Source of the DNA: an uncultured bacterium
GTDB taxonomy: Bacteria; Krumholzibacteriota; Krumholzibacteriia; LZORAL124-64-63
DNA length: 64,000 nt
Direction: 5' to 3'
NCBI GenBank assembly: GCA_963727525.1
Contig: CAVSGO010000007.1
Location: 1,536,001 to 1,600,000 of the forward strand
In this document: positions 40,970-51,173 of the stretch, piece by piece
How positions within the stretch are numbered: the first letter of the stretch is position 1
Layout of the letters: each line of letters begins with the position of its first letter
Made by a program: the position numbers and the translations under genes
Notes under the pieces: generated by a model
Databases searched by the model: none
What the model saw: the letters and a program-made list of their open reading frames with translations, nothing else
Told to the model about the DNA's origin: nothing

Positions 40970-41120
40970 GCCTCTTCTCCTCGGTTTCGCGTTCCCCGGG
41001 GGCCCCGAATCGCGTCAGTCGCCGGCAGAGCATGGCGGCCGGCGCGAGGAAATGCAAGCCCTGGTCCGTCACCACGTCCGTGGGTACTCCTTCAAGGGTG
41101 TCGTTCCCGAGTGCTCGTCC

Positions 41121-41149
41121 TTGAGACCTCGGGCACCACCCCGTACAAT
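41121..41149 (+). promoter_or_regulatory. Sigma70-type promoter for the DAACS transporter
   Basis: TTGAGA-N17-TACAAT, 37 nt before the GTG start. Confidence 0.65.
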
Positions 41150-41185
41150 GCTCGCGACACCGTCCCCTCGCCGCAGGAGCCACGC

Positions 41186-42514
41186 GTGACGCCGACAGCT
41201 TCCGTCTCTCGCCTCTCATGGCGCCCCTGGCGCTGGTCCCTGCACTGGCAGATCCTGCTCGCGCTCGGCCTGGCGGTGGTGACAGGTCGGCTGTTGCCGC
41301 AGGACGCCCAGGTCCTCGGTGTCCACCCGGCCGACATCTACGAATTCGTCGGCATGCTCTTCCTGCGCGGCTTGAAGATGGTGATCGTGCCCCTGATCGC
41401 GGGATCGATCATCTCCGGCGTGGCCGGCGTGGGCGCCGGCCATTCGCTCGGGCGCATGTTCGGCAAGACGTTCGCCTGGTACGTGTCCACGAGCCTGCTG
41501 GCCACCCTCACGGGGTTGCTGCTCGTCAACGTGATCCGCCCGGGGCTGAGCCATGGCGTACCGGTCGGGCCCGCGCTCGGCCTCGACGCGCAGGCCGCGG
41601 CGCGAGCGGCCGACCTGGGCGGCAAGGGCGCCGGGGACCTCGTGCACATCCTGGTGCGCATGATCCCCGAGAATCCGCTCGCCGCGGCGGCGGGCGGCGA
41701 GATGCTCTCGCTGATCTTCTTCTGCCTGGTGTACGGCGCCGCCGTGACGCAGCTTCCGGCGGCCGCGCGCGAGCGCCACCTCGCATTCTGGGAGGCGCTG
41801 TTCCAGGTGATGATGCGCATCACCAGCTGGGTGATCGCCTGCGCGCCCGTGGGGATCTTCGGACTCGTGGCCCACGTGGTGGCCACGAGCGGTTTCGCGG
41901 CCTTCGGCCCGCTGGCCCGGTATGGCCTGACCGTGCTGCTGGCGTTGGCGATCCATGCCGCGCTGACGCTGCCGCTGCTGATCGCGTCCTTGACCCGCCT
42001 GCCGCCCCATCGCCACGTCCGTGCCATGGCGCCCGCCCTGCTGACAGCGTTTTCCACCCGCAGCAGCTCGGCGACCCTGCCGCTCACTATCCAGCGCGTA
42101 GAGACCGGTGCCGGTGTCAGCAACCGCGTCTCGAGCTTCATGCTGCCGCTCGGCGCGACGATCAACATGGACGGTACCGCCCTGTACGAATGCGTGGCGG
42201 TGCTGTTCATCGCCCAGGCGTATGGTGTCTCGCTCTCCGTGGTGGCGCAGGGCATCGTGGTCGTGACGGCCCTGCTGGCCAGCATCGGCGCGGCAGGCAT
42301 TCCCGCGGCCGGCCTGGTGATGATGTCGATCATTCTCGAGGCCGTGGGCTTGCCGCTGGAGGGCGTCGCCCTGATCCTGGCCATCGACCCCGTGCTCGAC
42401 ATGTGCCGCACCACCGTCAACGTGTGGAGCGACGCCTGCGGCGCTCTAGTCGTCGCGTCCAGCGAGGGCGAGACGGGTCTGCTGGATGCAACGTCCCCCC
42501 CGCCGGCCACGTAG
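41186..42514 (+). CDS. Dicarboxylate/amino acid:cation symporter (DAACS/GltP family)
   Basis: FSTRSSSATLP, LPLGATINMDGTALY, SIGAAGIP, DMCRTTVNVWSD; AGGAG RBS. Confidence 0.93.
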   Translation: MTPTASVSRLSWRPWRWSLHWQILLALGLAVVTGRLLPQDAQVLGVHPADIYEFVGMLFLRGLKMVIVPLIAGSIISGVAGVGAGHSLGRMFGKTFAWYVSTSLLATLTGLLLVNVIRPGLSHGVPVGPALGLDAQAAARAADLGGKGAGDLVHILVRMIPENPLAAAAGGEMLSLIFFCLVYGAAVTQLPAAARERHLAFWEALFQVMMRITSWVIACAPVGIFGLVAHVVATSGFAAFGPLARYGLTVLLALAIHAALTLPLLIASLTRLPPHRHVRAMAPALLTAFSTRSSSATLPLTIQRVETGAGVSNRVSSFMLPLGATINMDGTALYECVAVLFIAQAYGVSLSVVAQGIVVVTALLASIGAAGIPAAGLVMMSIILEAVGLPLEGVALILAIDPVLDMCRTTVNVWSDACGALVVASSEGETGLLDATSPPPAT

Positions 42515-42556
42515 AGAGGGAACCCCTAGCCCGGACGCTGCGAAAGGACCTTGTCG

Positions 42557-43216
42557 ATGCAAGCACCGCCGTACGACACCCCGGATCCGGGCCTCGCCGA
42601 CCCGCTGCGCGTCCCGCCGTGGGAGGACCGCGGCCGCTACGGTCTGCTCAACGCTCTGTACCTGACGATCAAGGAGGTGCTCTCGGCCCCGGGGACCTTC
42701 TTCGCGCGCATGCCGACCGGGGTGGGAATGACGCAACCCTTCCTCTTCGCGATCGTGATGGGCGCCCTCGAAGCCTTCTGCATCTGGCTCTGGAGTTTCG
42801 GCAACGGCAATCTGCCCCTCTTCGCGCACATGCGTCTGCTGGCATTCCTGTCCGGACCGTTCGTGGCCGGCGTCCGTTTCGTGCTGAGCCCGCTCATCGC
42901 CGCGCTCACCCTCCTCATCTGTGCCACCGTGGTGCACGGTTGCCTGCTCATCGTCGGGGGCAACCGGCTGGGCTTCGAGGCCACGGCGCGGGTGATTGCC
43001 TACGCGCGGGCCGCGGGCGTGGTGGCCATGCTCCCGATCTGCGGCGGCAGCCTGGCCATCGTCTGGGCCGTGGGCATCGCCATCGTCGGCCTCGCGCGCA
43101 TCCACGGCGCGGAACCCTGGCGCGCCCTGGTCGCCGTCCTCGTGCCCGCCCTCCTGGTGCTGACGATCGGAGCATTCGGGCTCGCCGTCGTCGCCGCCAT
43201 GGGGCTCGTGCACTGA
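42557..43216 (+). CDS. YIP1 family membrane protein
   Basis: PPWEDR...TIKEVLSAPGTFF, GFEATARVIAYA; about 5 TM segments. Confidence 0.75.
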   Translation: MQAPPYDTPDPGLADPLRVPPWEDRGRYGLLNALYLTIKEVLSAPGTFFARMPTGVGMTQPFLFAIVMGALEAFCIWLWSFGNGNLPLFAHMRLLAFLSGPFVAGVRFVLSPLIAALTLLICATVVHGCLLIVGGNRLGFEATARVIAYARAAGVVAMLPICGGSLAIVWAVGIAIVGLARIHGAEPWRALVAVLVPALLVLTIGAFGLAVVAAMGLVH

Positions 43217-43635
43217 TGCCCGCCCGACCCGTATCCGCAAACCGTCCCTGGCTGCGGCCGGCACTTCTCGCCGCGACCGGCTGTGGTGCCGTGGCTCTGG
43301 CGCTGCTGCGCTGGCAACCGAGGCTGGTGGCGCTCGTCACGCCTGGCGGCGGCCGGTGTCCGCTGCGGGCGCTGGTCCACGTGCCGTGCCCCACCTGCGG
43401 CGGCACCCGGGCGGCGCTCGCTCTCGCCCACGCCGACGTCACCACGGCCTGGCGCGCCAATCCGTCGCTCACCGCTCTCGTGCTTGGCGCCAGCGTGGCT
43501 GCCGCCTGGGCGCTGCTGACGCCCCGGTGGGCTCGGTGGCGAGGCGCGCCGGCGGTGCGGCCGCGCGCGCTGGTCGGGATCGGTCTGGGTCTGGCGCTGG
43601 TCGGCTGGATGTTCCAGATCGCCGCGTACCGCTGA
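43216..43635 (+). CDS. DUF2752 family membrane protein
   Basis: CPLRALVHVPCPTCGGTRA...AWRANP; TGATG overlap with the YIP1 gene. Confidence 0.8.
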   Translation: MPARPVSANRPWLRPALLAATGCGAVALALLRWQPRLVALVTPGGGRCPLRALVHVPCPTCGGTRAALALAHADVTTAWRANPSLTALVLGASVAAAWALLTPRWARWRGAPAVRPRALVGIGLGLALVGWMFQIAAYR

Positions 43636-43644
43636 CCTCTCGCG

Positions 43645-44790
43645 TCAGGCGATCTCCTGCAGGACGCGCCGCGCAATCACCAGCCGCTGGATCTCGCTCG
43701 TCCCCTCGTAGATCCGCGTGACGCGGACGTCGCGGTAGTACCGCTCGATCGGGTACTCCTTGACGTAGCCATAGCCACCGTGGATCTGCAGGGCGCGGTC
43801 GGCCGCGCGGCCCGCGGCCTCGCTCGCGCAAAGCTTGGCCATGGCCGCTTCCTTGTTGCACGGTTTGCCCTGGTCCTTGAGCCACGCGGCCCGCAAGGCG
43901 AGGAGCCGGGCGGCGTCGAGCTCGGTGGCCGAGTCGGCGATCATCTCCATGAGCACGGGCTGGTCGGCCAGCCGCTTGCCGAACTGCTCGCGCTGCTTCG
44001 CGTAGGCTACCGCCTCCGCGAGGCAGGCGCGTCCGATGCCGAGCGCCTGGAACGCCACGCCGATACGGCCGCCGTCGAGAGCCGTCATCGCCACCTTGAA
44101 GCCTTCGCCCTCCTCGCCGAGGCGCTGCGCGACGGGCACGCGCGCCCCGTCCAGGGCGATCACCACCGTGTCGCTGGCGCGCAGGCCCAGCTTGTCCTCC
44201 TTCTTGGCGACCGTCAGCCCCGGGGTGTCGCGCTCCACCAGGAATGCGTGGATACCCCGGTGTCCGGTGCTGCCGGGTGCGCGCGCCACGATCATGTAGA
44301 AGGCGGCGCGCGCGCCGTTGGTCACCCAGCACTTCGAACCGTCGAGGACATAGGCATCGCCGTCGCGGCGGGCGGAGGTCACGAGCGCGGCGGCGTCGCT
44401 GCCGGCTCCCGGTTCGCTGACGCAGAAGGCGGCGATCTCGCCGGCGGCCATGCGCGGCAGGTAGGCGGCCTTCGTGGCCTCGTTGCCGAACATGGCCACG
44501 GGATAGAAACCCACGCTGTTGTGCACGGTGACCATGATACACACGCCCGCGCTCACGCGGGCAAGCTCCTCGACCACGAGGCCGTAGGAGACGGTATCCA
44601 GGCCGAGTCCGCCATGGGCTTCGGGGAAGGTGAGTCCGAAGAAGCCGGCCTCCCGCATCTTTGTCACGAGATCGGCCGGGATCTCGGCTTCCATGTCCAT
44701 CTGGTGAGCCAGGGGCGCGATCTCCTTGCGCGCAAAATCGCGTACCATCTCGCGCATCATGGTCTGGGTCTCGGTGAATGTGAAGTCCAT
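43645..44790 (-). CDS. Acyl-CoA dehydrogenase (short/branched chain, Bcd-like)
   Basis: SEPGAGSD, GSKCWVTN, KLGLRAS, LDGGRIG, REQFGK, QIHGGYGY, IYEGTSEIQR. Confidence 0.93.
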   Translation of the reverse strand: MDFTFTETQTMMREMVRDFARKEIAPLAHQMDMEAEIPADLVTKMREAGFFGLTFPEAHGGLGLDTVSYGLVVEELARVSAGVCIMVTVHNSVGFYPVAMFGNEATKAAYLPRMAAGEIAAFCVSEPGAGSDAAALVTSARRDGDAYVLDGSKCWVTNGARAAFYMIVARAPGSTGHRGIHAFLVERDTPGLTVAKKEDKLGLRASDTVVIALDGARVPVAQRLGEEGEGFKVAMTALDGGRIGVAFQALGIGRACLAEAVAYAKQREQFGKRLADQPVLMEMIADSATELDAARLLALRAAWLKDQGKPCNKEAAMAKLCASEAAGRAADRALQIHGGYGYVKEYPIERYYRDVRVTRIYEGTSEIQRLVIARRVLQEIA

Positions 44791-44809
44791 GCTGTCCTCG
44801 CGGCTGCGG

Positions 44810-45652
44810 TCAGTCGTAGTCGTAGAAACCCTTGCCGGTCTTGCGTCCGAGATGGCCGGCGGCCACCATCCGGCGCAGCAGAGGACACGGACGGTACTTG
44901 CTGTCGCCCAGCCCCTCGTGCAACACCTCCATGATGTCCAGGCAGATGTCCAGGCCGATGAGGTCGGCGAGCGTGAGCGGGCCCATGGGATGCGCCATGC
45001 CCAGCTTCATGACCGTATCGATGGCCTCGCGATCGGCCACGCCCTCCATGAGACAGAACACCGCCTCGTTGATCATGGGCATGAGTACGCGGTTGGAGAT
45101 GAAGCCGGGATAATCCTCGACCACGACCGGCGTCTTGCCGAGGGCGCGCGACACCTCCATGACGAATCCCAGCGTATCCTCGCCGGTGGCCTGCCCGCGT
45201 ACGACCTCCACCAGCTTCATCACCGGCACCGGGTTCATGAAGTGCATGCCGATGACCTTCTCGGGGCGACGCGTGGCCGCGGCGATGCGCGTGATCGAGA
45301 TGCTGCTGGTGTTCGACGCGAGCACCGTATCGACCGGGCAGATCGTGTCGAGCTGCTGGAAGATCTCTCGCTTCACGCCGAAATCCTCGAACACCGCCTC
45401 CACGGCCAGCTCGGCCGTCTTGCACGCCGTCATCTCGGTGGTGAAGGCCAGACGCGCCAGCACGGCCTCGGCGTCGGCCGCCGTGAGCATCTCCTTCTTC
45501 ACCTGGCGCTGGAGATTCTTGTCGATGGCCCCCCGCGCGCGGTCGAGCGCGGCGTCGTTGACGTCGACCATCGTCGTGGCATGACCGTACTGCGCGAAGA
45601 CGTGCGCGATGCCGTTGCCCATCGTGCCGCCACCGATCACTGCGACCTTCAT
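44810..45652 (-). CDS. hbd: 3-hydroxybutyryl-CoA dehydrogenase
   Basis: [55 protein letters not shown]. Confidence 0.95.
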   Translation of the reverse strand: MKVAVIGGGTMGNGIAHVFAQYGHATTMVDVNDAALDRARGAIDKNLQRQVKKEMLTAADAEAVLARLAFTTEMTACKTAELAVEAVFEDFGVKREIFQQLDTICPVDTVLASNTSSISITRIAAATRRPEKVIGMHFMNPVPVMKLVEVVRGQATGEDTLGFVMEVSRALGKTPVVVEDYPGFISNRVLMPMINEAVFCLMEGVADREAIDTVMKLGMAHPMGPLTLADLIGLDICLDIMEVLHEGLGDSKYRPCPLLRRMVAAGHLGRKTGKGFYDYD

Positions 45653-45725
45653 CGCCTACCCCTTCCCGTTGGTACCCGGCCGTGGCCGGCAGTTGTCTTC
45701 GACGATCCCGCGGTGCGCGGCCCCG

Positions 45726-46916
45726 TCACGGCCGTTCGATGGTGAGCGCCACGGCATCGCCGCCACCGAGGCAGAGCGTCGCCAGGCCCCGCTTGCGATC
45801 TTCATCCTCGAGGGCGTGCAGCAGCGTGACCAGGATGCGCGCGCCCGAGCAGCCGATGGGATGCCCGAGGCTCACGCCGCCGCCGCGCACGTTGGTGCGA
45901 TGCGGGTCGAGCTTCAGCTCGCGCATCACGGCCACCGCCTGGGCGGCGAAGGCCTCGTTGACCTCCACCAGGTCGTAGTCGTCGACAGACGTGTCCGTGC
46001 GGCGCAGCAGATTGCCCACCGCCGTCACCGGCGCCATCATCACCTGCTTGGGCTCCACGGCCCCGGTCGCATAGGCCACGACCTGTGCCCGGAGGGGCAA
46101 ACCGTGTTCGCGGGCAAATCCTTCCTCGCAGACGAGGAGAGCGGCCGCACCATCGTTGATGGTGGAGGCGTTGCCCGCAGTGACGCTGCCGCCGTCGCGC
46201 TTGAAGGCAGGACGCAACTTCGCCAGCGACTCGCGATTCACGTCGTCACGCGGCCCTTCGTCGCGCTCCACGATCACGGGGTCGCCCTTGCGCTGCGGCA
46301 CCGCCACCGGCACGACCTCGCGCGCGAAGGCGCCATTGACCCAGGCCGCCACCGCGCGGCGATGGCTCTCGGCCGCGAAGACGTCCTGCTCCTCGCGCGA
46401 CACACCGTAGGTATCGACAACCCACTCCGCCGTCATACCCATGTGGAAGTTGTTGTACACGTCCCACAGCCCGTCGTTCACGAGCAGGTCGACGATCTTG
46501 CCGTCTCCCAGGCGCAGACCGTCGCGCGCGCCCGGCAACGCGTACGGGATGTTGCTCATGCTCTCGAATCCGCCGGCGAGGATGCAGCGCGCGTCGCCGG
46601 CACGGATGGCCTGGGCCGCCAGGGCCACGGCCTTCAGACCCGAACCGCACACCTTGTTGATGGTCATGGCGCTCACGCCGACGGGCACGCCGCCGAAGAT
46701 CGCCGCCTGCCGCGCCGGATTCTGGTGCTGTCCGGCTTGCACCACGTTGCCCAGGATCACCTCGTCGAGCAGCGACGGATCGAGTCCGCTGCGCTCGAGG
46801 ACGGCCTTGACGGCCTGCGCACCGAGTTCCGGGGCCCGCAGGGGCGCCAGTGCGCCCTGGAAACGGCCGATGGGGGTGCGAACGGCTTCACAGATCACCA
46901 CGCGCATCTCGCTCAC
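45726..46916 (-). CDS. Acetyl-CoA C-acetyltransferase (thiolase)
   Basis: [36 protein letters not shown] start after GAAGGAG. Confidence 0.95.
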   Translation of the reverse strand: MSEMRVVICEAVRTPIGRFQGALAPLRAPELGAQAVKAVLERSGLDPSLLDEVILGNVVQAGQHQNPARQAAIFGGVPVGVSAMTINKVCGSGLKAVALAAQAIRAGDARCILAGGFESMSNIPYALPGARDGLRLGDGKIVDLLVNDGLWDVYNNFHMGMTAEWVVDTYGVSREEQDVFAAESHRRAVAAWVNGAFAREVVPVAVPQRKGDPVIVERDEGPRDDVNRESLAKLRPAFKRDGGSVTAGNASTINDGAAALLVCEEGFAREHGLPLRAQVVAYATGAVEPKQVMMAPVTAVGNLLRRTDTSVDDYDLVEVNEAFAAQAVAVMRELKLDPHRTNVRGGGVSLGHPIGCSGARILVTLLHALEDEDRKRGLATLCLGGGDAVALTIERP

Positions 46917-47300
46917 GATCACTCCTTCGCCAGGCCGCGCCCACGACGGGGCCGCGGCGGTGAGTTCTCTGCATATCAACCCCAAGGAAACCATCAACAT
47001 GGGGTCTGATGCAAATGAAACCTCACCGTCAGGAAGGCCTGGTCACGGCGGTGGCCGGGCGACGCGATCAGATCGCGGGAATAGGGACGATCCGGTGGGC
47101 GTCAGCGTGGGCGCGACGTGCGGCGGAGAACCGTGCCGCCGATGCGCCGCGTCCATGGGCGACCCCTCGCGACGGGCGCTGGAAACACGTCCTCGGCCTG
47201 CCGACACGTGGGCAAGCCGGGGACGCGCGCGAGTGAGTGCCGGTCGGCGAGACCTACGGACGAGGATGCGGCCCGACGATCGGCGCGGACCCCGGCAAGC

Positions 47301-47939
47301 CTAGAGAAAGCCGGATTTCACCGCCCCCCAGGTGGCCGACTCGACCGGCGTGCCCTGTTCGCAGAGATTCGGCAGACCGGGGCTCGGCTCGCAGCCCGTT
47401 CCCGACGGCGGCACGTCGCCCCCGTAGGGATCGAGCCCATCGAACAGCGTCCAGGTCCCCGACGGACCCACGCCGCTGGACCGATCGGGCGCGCCCTCGT
47501 GCGGCAGGTAGGTGCGCTCGTCGACGACGAGATACTGCGTGGGATCCGCCGGATCGACGATCATCAGCGCGACGGTATCCCCCGCGTTGTTGAGGCTCAG
47601 ACCGGACGAGCCGGCATCATGCGCCTCCTGCCAGGCGACAGCGTCGGAACCGTAGAATACGGCCGTCGCTCCAGGCGCCAGGGTGCCGAAGAGATTCAGG
47701 TGCGGCGCGTCGCCGGTGCCGTCGCGCAGATAGTAGGCGGCGAGGTCGACCGGTGAAGCCCCCGTGTTGGCAACCTCGACCCATTCGTCGAGTCGGGAGT
47801 CGGCCTCGCCATCGCCGTTCCAGTCGAGCGTGGGGCCGGCGAGGATCTCGTTGATGATGACCTGCGCGCCGGCGGGGACGGTCGCGGCGAGCAGCAGGAA
47901 GAGGGCGAGGCCCAGGGAACACCAGGCACGATGCGTCAC
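47301..47939 (-). CDS. Secreted lamin-tail-domain protein with WGxxKxxF tail
   Basis: Signal peptide ending PAGA; VIINEI, DWNGDG, EWVEVAN, VDLAAY, LNNAGDTV, PSPGLPN; ends TPVESATWGAVKSGFL. Confidence 0.8.
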   Translation of the reverse strand: MTHRAWCSLGLALFLLLAATVPAGAQVIINEILAGPTLDWNGDGEADSRLDEWVEVANTGASPVDLAAYYLRDGTGDAPHLNLFGTLAPGATAVFYGSDAVAWQEAHDAGSSGLSLNNAGDTVALMIVDPADPTQYLVVDERTYLPHEGAPDRSSGVGPSGTWTLFDGLDPYGGDVPPSGTGCEPSPGLPNLCEQGTPVESATWGAVKSGFL

Positions 47940-48120
47940 GTGCTTGCTCCTTCCGGGAGGTCTTCGGTACGATGGGCGGACGGCGCCGCCCCGGAGCGAC
48001 TGCGGTTGCACGTGGCGCGCCAGATGATCGCCACCGACCGCCGGCCTCGCGAGACCGCGATTTCGTGACCATGCGGCGCGGCGATGTCCGGACAGGCCAC
48101 GAGGAAGGAGTCAACCGCGG

Positions 48121-49098
48121 ATGACGCTCACCATCGGTGTCGTCGGCGCCGGGACACACGGCGCCCGCTACCTCCGCCACGCCGCGCACGACGTGCCGGG
48201 CCTGCAGCCCGTGGCGCTCTGCCGACGCGGTCGCACGGCCGGCGAGGCGCTGGCCACGGAACTGGGTTGCCGCTGGTACGGCGATGCCGCGGACCTCATC
48301 GCCGATCCCGAGGTGGCGGCCGTAGTCGTTGCCACGCCGCCTGCCTCGCATCACGAGCTGGCTCGCGCGACCCTGGCGGCCGGCAAGCCCTTGCTGCTCG
48401 AGAAGCCCATGACCGGCACGCTCGACGAGGCACGCGACCTCGCCGCGCTGGCCGCCCGGCCGGGCGCGCCGCCGATCATGGTGGCGCAGACGCTGCGCTG
48501 GAATCCGGTGCTCAAGCGGGCCCGCGCGCTGGTCCCGCGCCTGGGCCGCATCCACCTGATCCGCCTCGCGCAGCGTCTCGCGCCGACCTCGCTGGCCTGG
48601 CAGCGCGAGAGGGCCGTCACCGTGGGGGGCTCGGTGCTGCTCACGGGGGTCCACCTCTTCGATCTTGCACGCTGGCTCAGCGGGCGCGAATTCGTGTGGG
48701 TCGCGTCACGGCAGCGGCAGATCCTGAACCCCGTGGTGGAGGACCTCTTCCTCGCGCATGGGGAAATGGACGACGGCTGCTGGGTGAGCCTCGAGGTGAC
48801 GAAGGTGACGCAGAGCCGCGCGGCGTGGCTGGAGATCGTGGGCGAGGCGGGCCAGCTCCAGGCCGACTACCTGGACGGGGGAATCGTCTTGCGCCGCGGC
48901 CGCGACGAGACACGCGAGAACGTGTCGGCGCACGTGCCGACCCTGCCTGCCGTGCTCACCACGTGGCGCGACGTCGTCCAGGGGCGGGCGCCGCTGGCCG
49001 TCTCGGTGACCGATGGCCTGCGCACGCTCGAGGTGGTGGAGGCCTGCTACCGCTCGCACGCCGCCGGCGGCGCGCCATGTTCCCTCGACGCGCTCTGA
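48121..49098 (+). CDS. Gfo/Idh/MocA family oxidoreductase
   Basis: GVVGAGTHG, VATPPASH, GKPLLLEKPM, GGSVLLTGVHLFD. Confidence 0.88.
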   Translation: MTLTIGVVGAGTHGARYLRHAAHDVPGLQPVALCRRGRTAGEALATELGCRWYGDAADLIADPEVAAVVVATPPASHHELARATLAAGKPLLLEKPMTGTLDEARDLAALAARPGAPPIMVAQTLRWNPVLKRARALVPRLGRIHLIRLAQRLAPTSLAWQRERAVTVGGSVLLTGVHLFDLARWLSGREFVWVASRQRQILNPVVEDLFLAHGEMDDGCWVSLEVTKVTQSRAAWLEIVGEAGQLQADYLDGGIVLRRGRDETRENVSAHVPTLPAVLTTWRDVVQGRAPLAVSVTDGLRTLEVVEACYRSHAAGGAPCSLDAL

Positions 49099-51173
49099 GC
49101 CGCGGGTAGCGTGATGCGGCAGTGCGAGCCGCCGCGGCGCGATGTCCGCGGGGTGAAACCGCCGTCGAGCATGCCCGTGACCAGATCGTGCACCAGGCGC
49201 GTGCCGAATGTCGGCCGGGTGGACATCGGGCGGTCACCGGTGTCGTCGTATTCGATCACGATGTCGTCACCGTGTCGGCGCGCACGCACGTGGATCTCCC
49301 CCACGAGCAGGTCCTGGCAGGCGTGATCCAGCGAGTCGTTGACCAGGCGTGACACGAGCAGGTCGAGCTGCGCGGGATCCGCGCGCAGCGCGAGACCGGT
49401 CGGACAATCCACACTGATGACGACGTGGCGATCCTGGCAGCGCGCCTGCAGCGGCGCCACCGCATCGGCGAGGCAGGCGCCGAGATCGACGGTGACTGGA
49501 GTGGCCACGAGACCGTCCAGCAAGAGGCGCACCGCCGTCGCCTGCTCCTGCGCCACCATGCGCTCCCATGTGCGCTCCGTGACCTCGAGCAGGGCCCCGA
49601 AAGCTTCGTCGCGCTGCCGGCGCGCCGTCTGTGCCTTGCGCTCCGACTCCCACACCCGGGTCGCCGCGCGTTGCTCGCTCTGCCGGTGGGCGGTGACGTC
49701 CTGCACGATCTGCACGCACCCCACGAGGGCGCCGGTTCCATCGCGCAGGGGCTGGGCCGTGAGTTGGAGGTAGGCCTCCACGCCGTCGCGCAGACCCGGC
49801 ACGTGGACCTCGCGGGTCCGGCGCGCGTCGATGGGTATGCCCGCCTGCGCGTCAGCCACGAGCGCGTGCGCGTCGGCGAGCAATAAGGCGAGTCCATCGC
49901 GGCCATCGTCTGCGCCAGCCACCGACGCGGCGATCCCCGTGAGCTCCTCGAGTGCCGGATTGCAGGCCACGATCGCGCCCTGCATGTCGATCACGCACGC
50001 GGGATCGGGCAGCAGCTCGACGATGCCGAGCAGACGCCGGTTGGCGTCGTGGAGGCGTTGTGCGGCCGTATCGCGTTGCATGGCCTGCAGACATATCTCG
50101 GCGATGGACTCGAAGAGGTCGAGCTCCCGATCGTCCCACTCGCGCCGTTGCCCGAGCACCTCGCAGCCGAGCAAGCCGACGACACGACCCTCGCTGCGCA
50201 GCGGCACAGCCATGACCGCCGTGATCCCCTGACGGGTCCAGCGATCGCGCTCGACCCAGGCGCCGGCCGGCAGCGAATGCACGTCGGTGATCCGCACGCA
50301 ATCGCCCCGCTCGAAACGCTCCTGCAACCACGGGTACTCATCCAGCCCGGGCAGCACCTGGTCCTCGGCAAGCGGCGTCACGCCGTCGGCGTACCAGAGT
50401 TGACGGCTCTCGAGCCGGCCCCCGGCCGCGCTGATGCGGTACTGGTAACATCGATCGGCACCGAGAAAGAGCCCAGCCGCCGCGAGTGCGCGCGCCATCG
50501 CGTCGTCGTGCTGCTCGGGCCGCATCTGCGCCAGGTCCTTGAGGATGCCGTGGATGACACCTTCCACCGCGGGCAGCGGCGTGCGAGTCTGCGCGCGCAG
50601 GCTGCGACGTTGCTCGACATCCTGCAGGACGGCGCGCCAGCCCGTGACCTCACCGCGCTCCAGCATGGGCGCCAGATGCAGCGCGACGGCGAGGGCGTCG
50701 CCGCCGGCGCGTCGCAGGTGATAGGTCCGGACCCCGAGTCTGCCGCCGTCACGCGCCGTTTCCAGATCCCTGTTGAGCTGGGGGCGCTCGGTGGGTACGA
50801 GCAGGTCGATCACGTTGAGGCCCTTCTGGAGATCCATCTCGCCATAGCCCGTGATCTGGAAGAACGCGCGGTTGGCGAAGGTCAGAGTCCGGTTCTCGTC
50901 GAGTTCGCAGAGCATGTCCGGCACGATGTCGCCCACGGCCGTGGCCCGCGCGAGGCCCTGTTCCCACACGCGTCCGATCTCGCCCCAGGCCTGCTCGAGA
51001 CTGCGCCGCTGGCGCAGCAGATACCAGCAGCCGGCCAGCATGGCGAGGCAGAGGGCGGTGACGCCGGTGTAGGTGGGCCAGGTCGGCACCGCCCACGGCC
51101 GCAGCATGGCGAGGGGCAAGTTTGCGAGCGAGCTGCATGCCGCTGCGAGGGGACACGAGAATACGAGAAACAT
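49047..51173 (-). CDS. Membrane PAS-GAF-PAS sensor with degenerate (pseudo)kinase C-terminus
   Basis: N-terminal TM; PAS (ANRAFFQITGY); GAF (AVMAVPLRSEGRVVGLLG); PAS (CNPALEELTG); HATPase-like remnant lacking an H-box. Confidence 0.75.
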   Translation of the reverse strand: MFLVFSCPLAAACSSLANLPLAMLRPWAVPTWPTYTGVTALCLAMLAGCWYLLRQRRSLEQAWGEIGRVWEQGLARATAVGDIVPDMLCELDENRTLTFANRAFFQITGYGEMDLQKGLNVIDLLVPTERPQLNRDLETARDGGRLGVRTYHLRRAGGDALAVALHLAPMLERGEVTGWRAVLQDVEQRRSLRAQTRTPLPAVEGVIHGILKDLAQMRPEQHDDAMARALAAAGLFLGADRCYQYRISAAGGRLESRQLWYADGVTPLAEDQVLPGLDEYPWLQERFERGDCVRITDVHSLPAGAWVERDRWTRQGITAVMAVPLRSEGRVVGLLGCEVLGQRREWDDRELDLFESIAEICLQAMQRDTAAQRLHDANRRLLGIVELLPDPACVIDMQGAIVACNPALEELTGIAASVAGADDGRDGLALLLADAHALVADAQAGIPIDARRTREVHVPGLRDGVEAYLQLTAQPLRDGTGALVGCVQIVQDVTAHRQSEQRAATRVWESERKAQTARRQRDEAFGALLEVTERTWERMVAQEQATAVRLLLDGLVATPVTVDLGACLADAVAPLQARCQDRHVVISVDCPTGLALRADPAQLDLLVSRLVNDSLDHACQDLLVGEIHVRARRHGDDIVIEYDDTGDRPMSTRPTFGTRLVHDLVTGMLDGGFTPRTSRRGGSHCRITLPAAQSASREHGAPPAACER

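Noticed and set aside
41218-43635. 805-aa + strand ORF
   Set aside because: Off-frame read-through of the DAACS and YIP1 genes. Only the last 139 aa (DUF2752, from ATG 43216) are a real gene.
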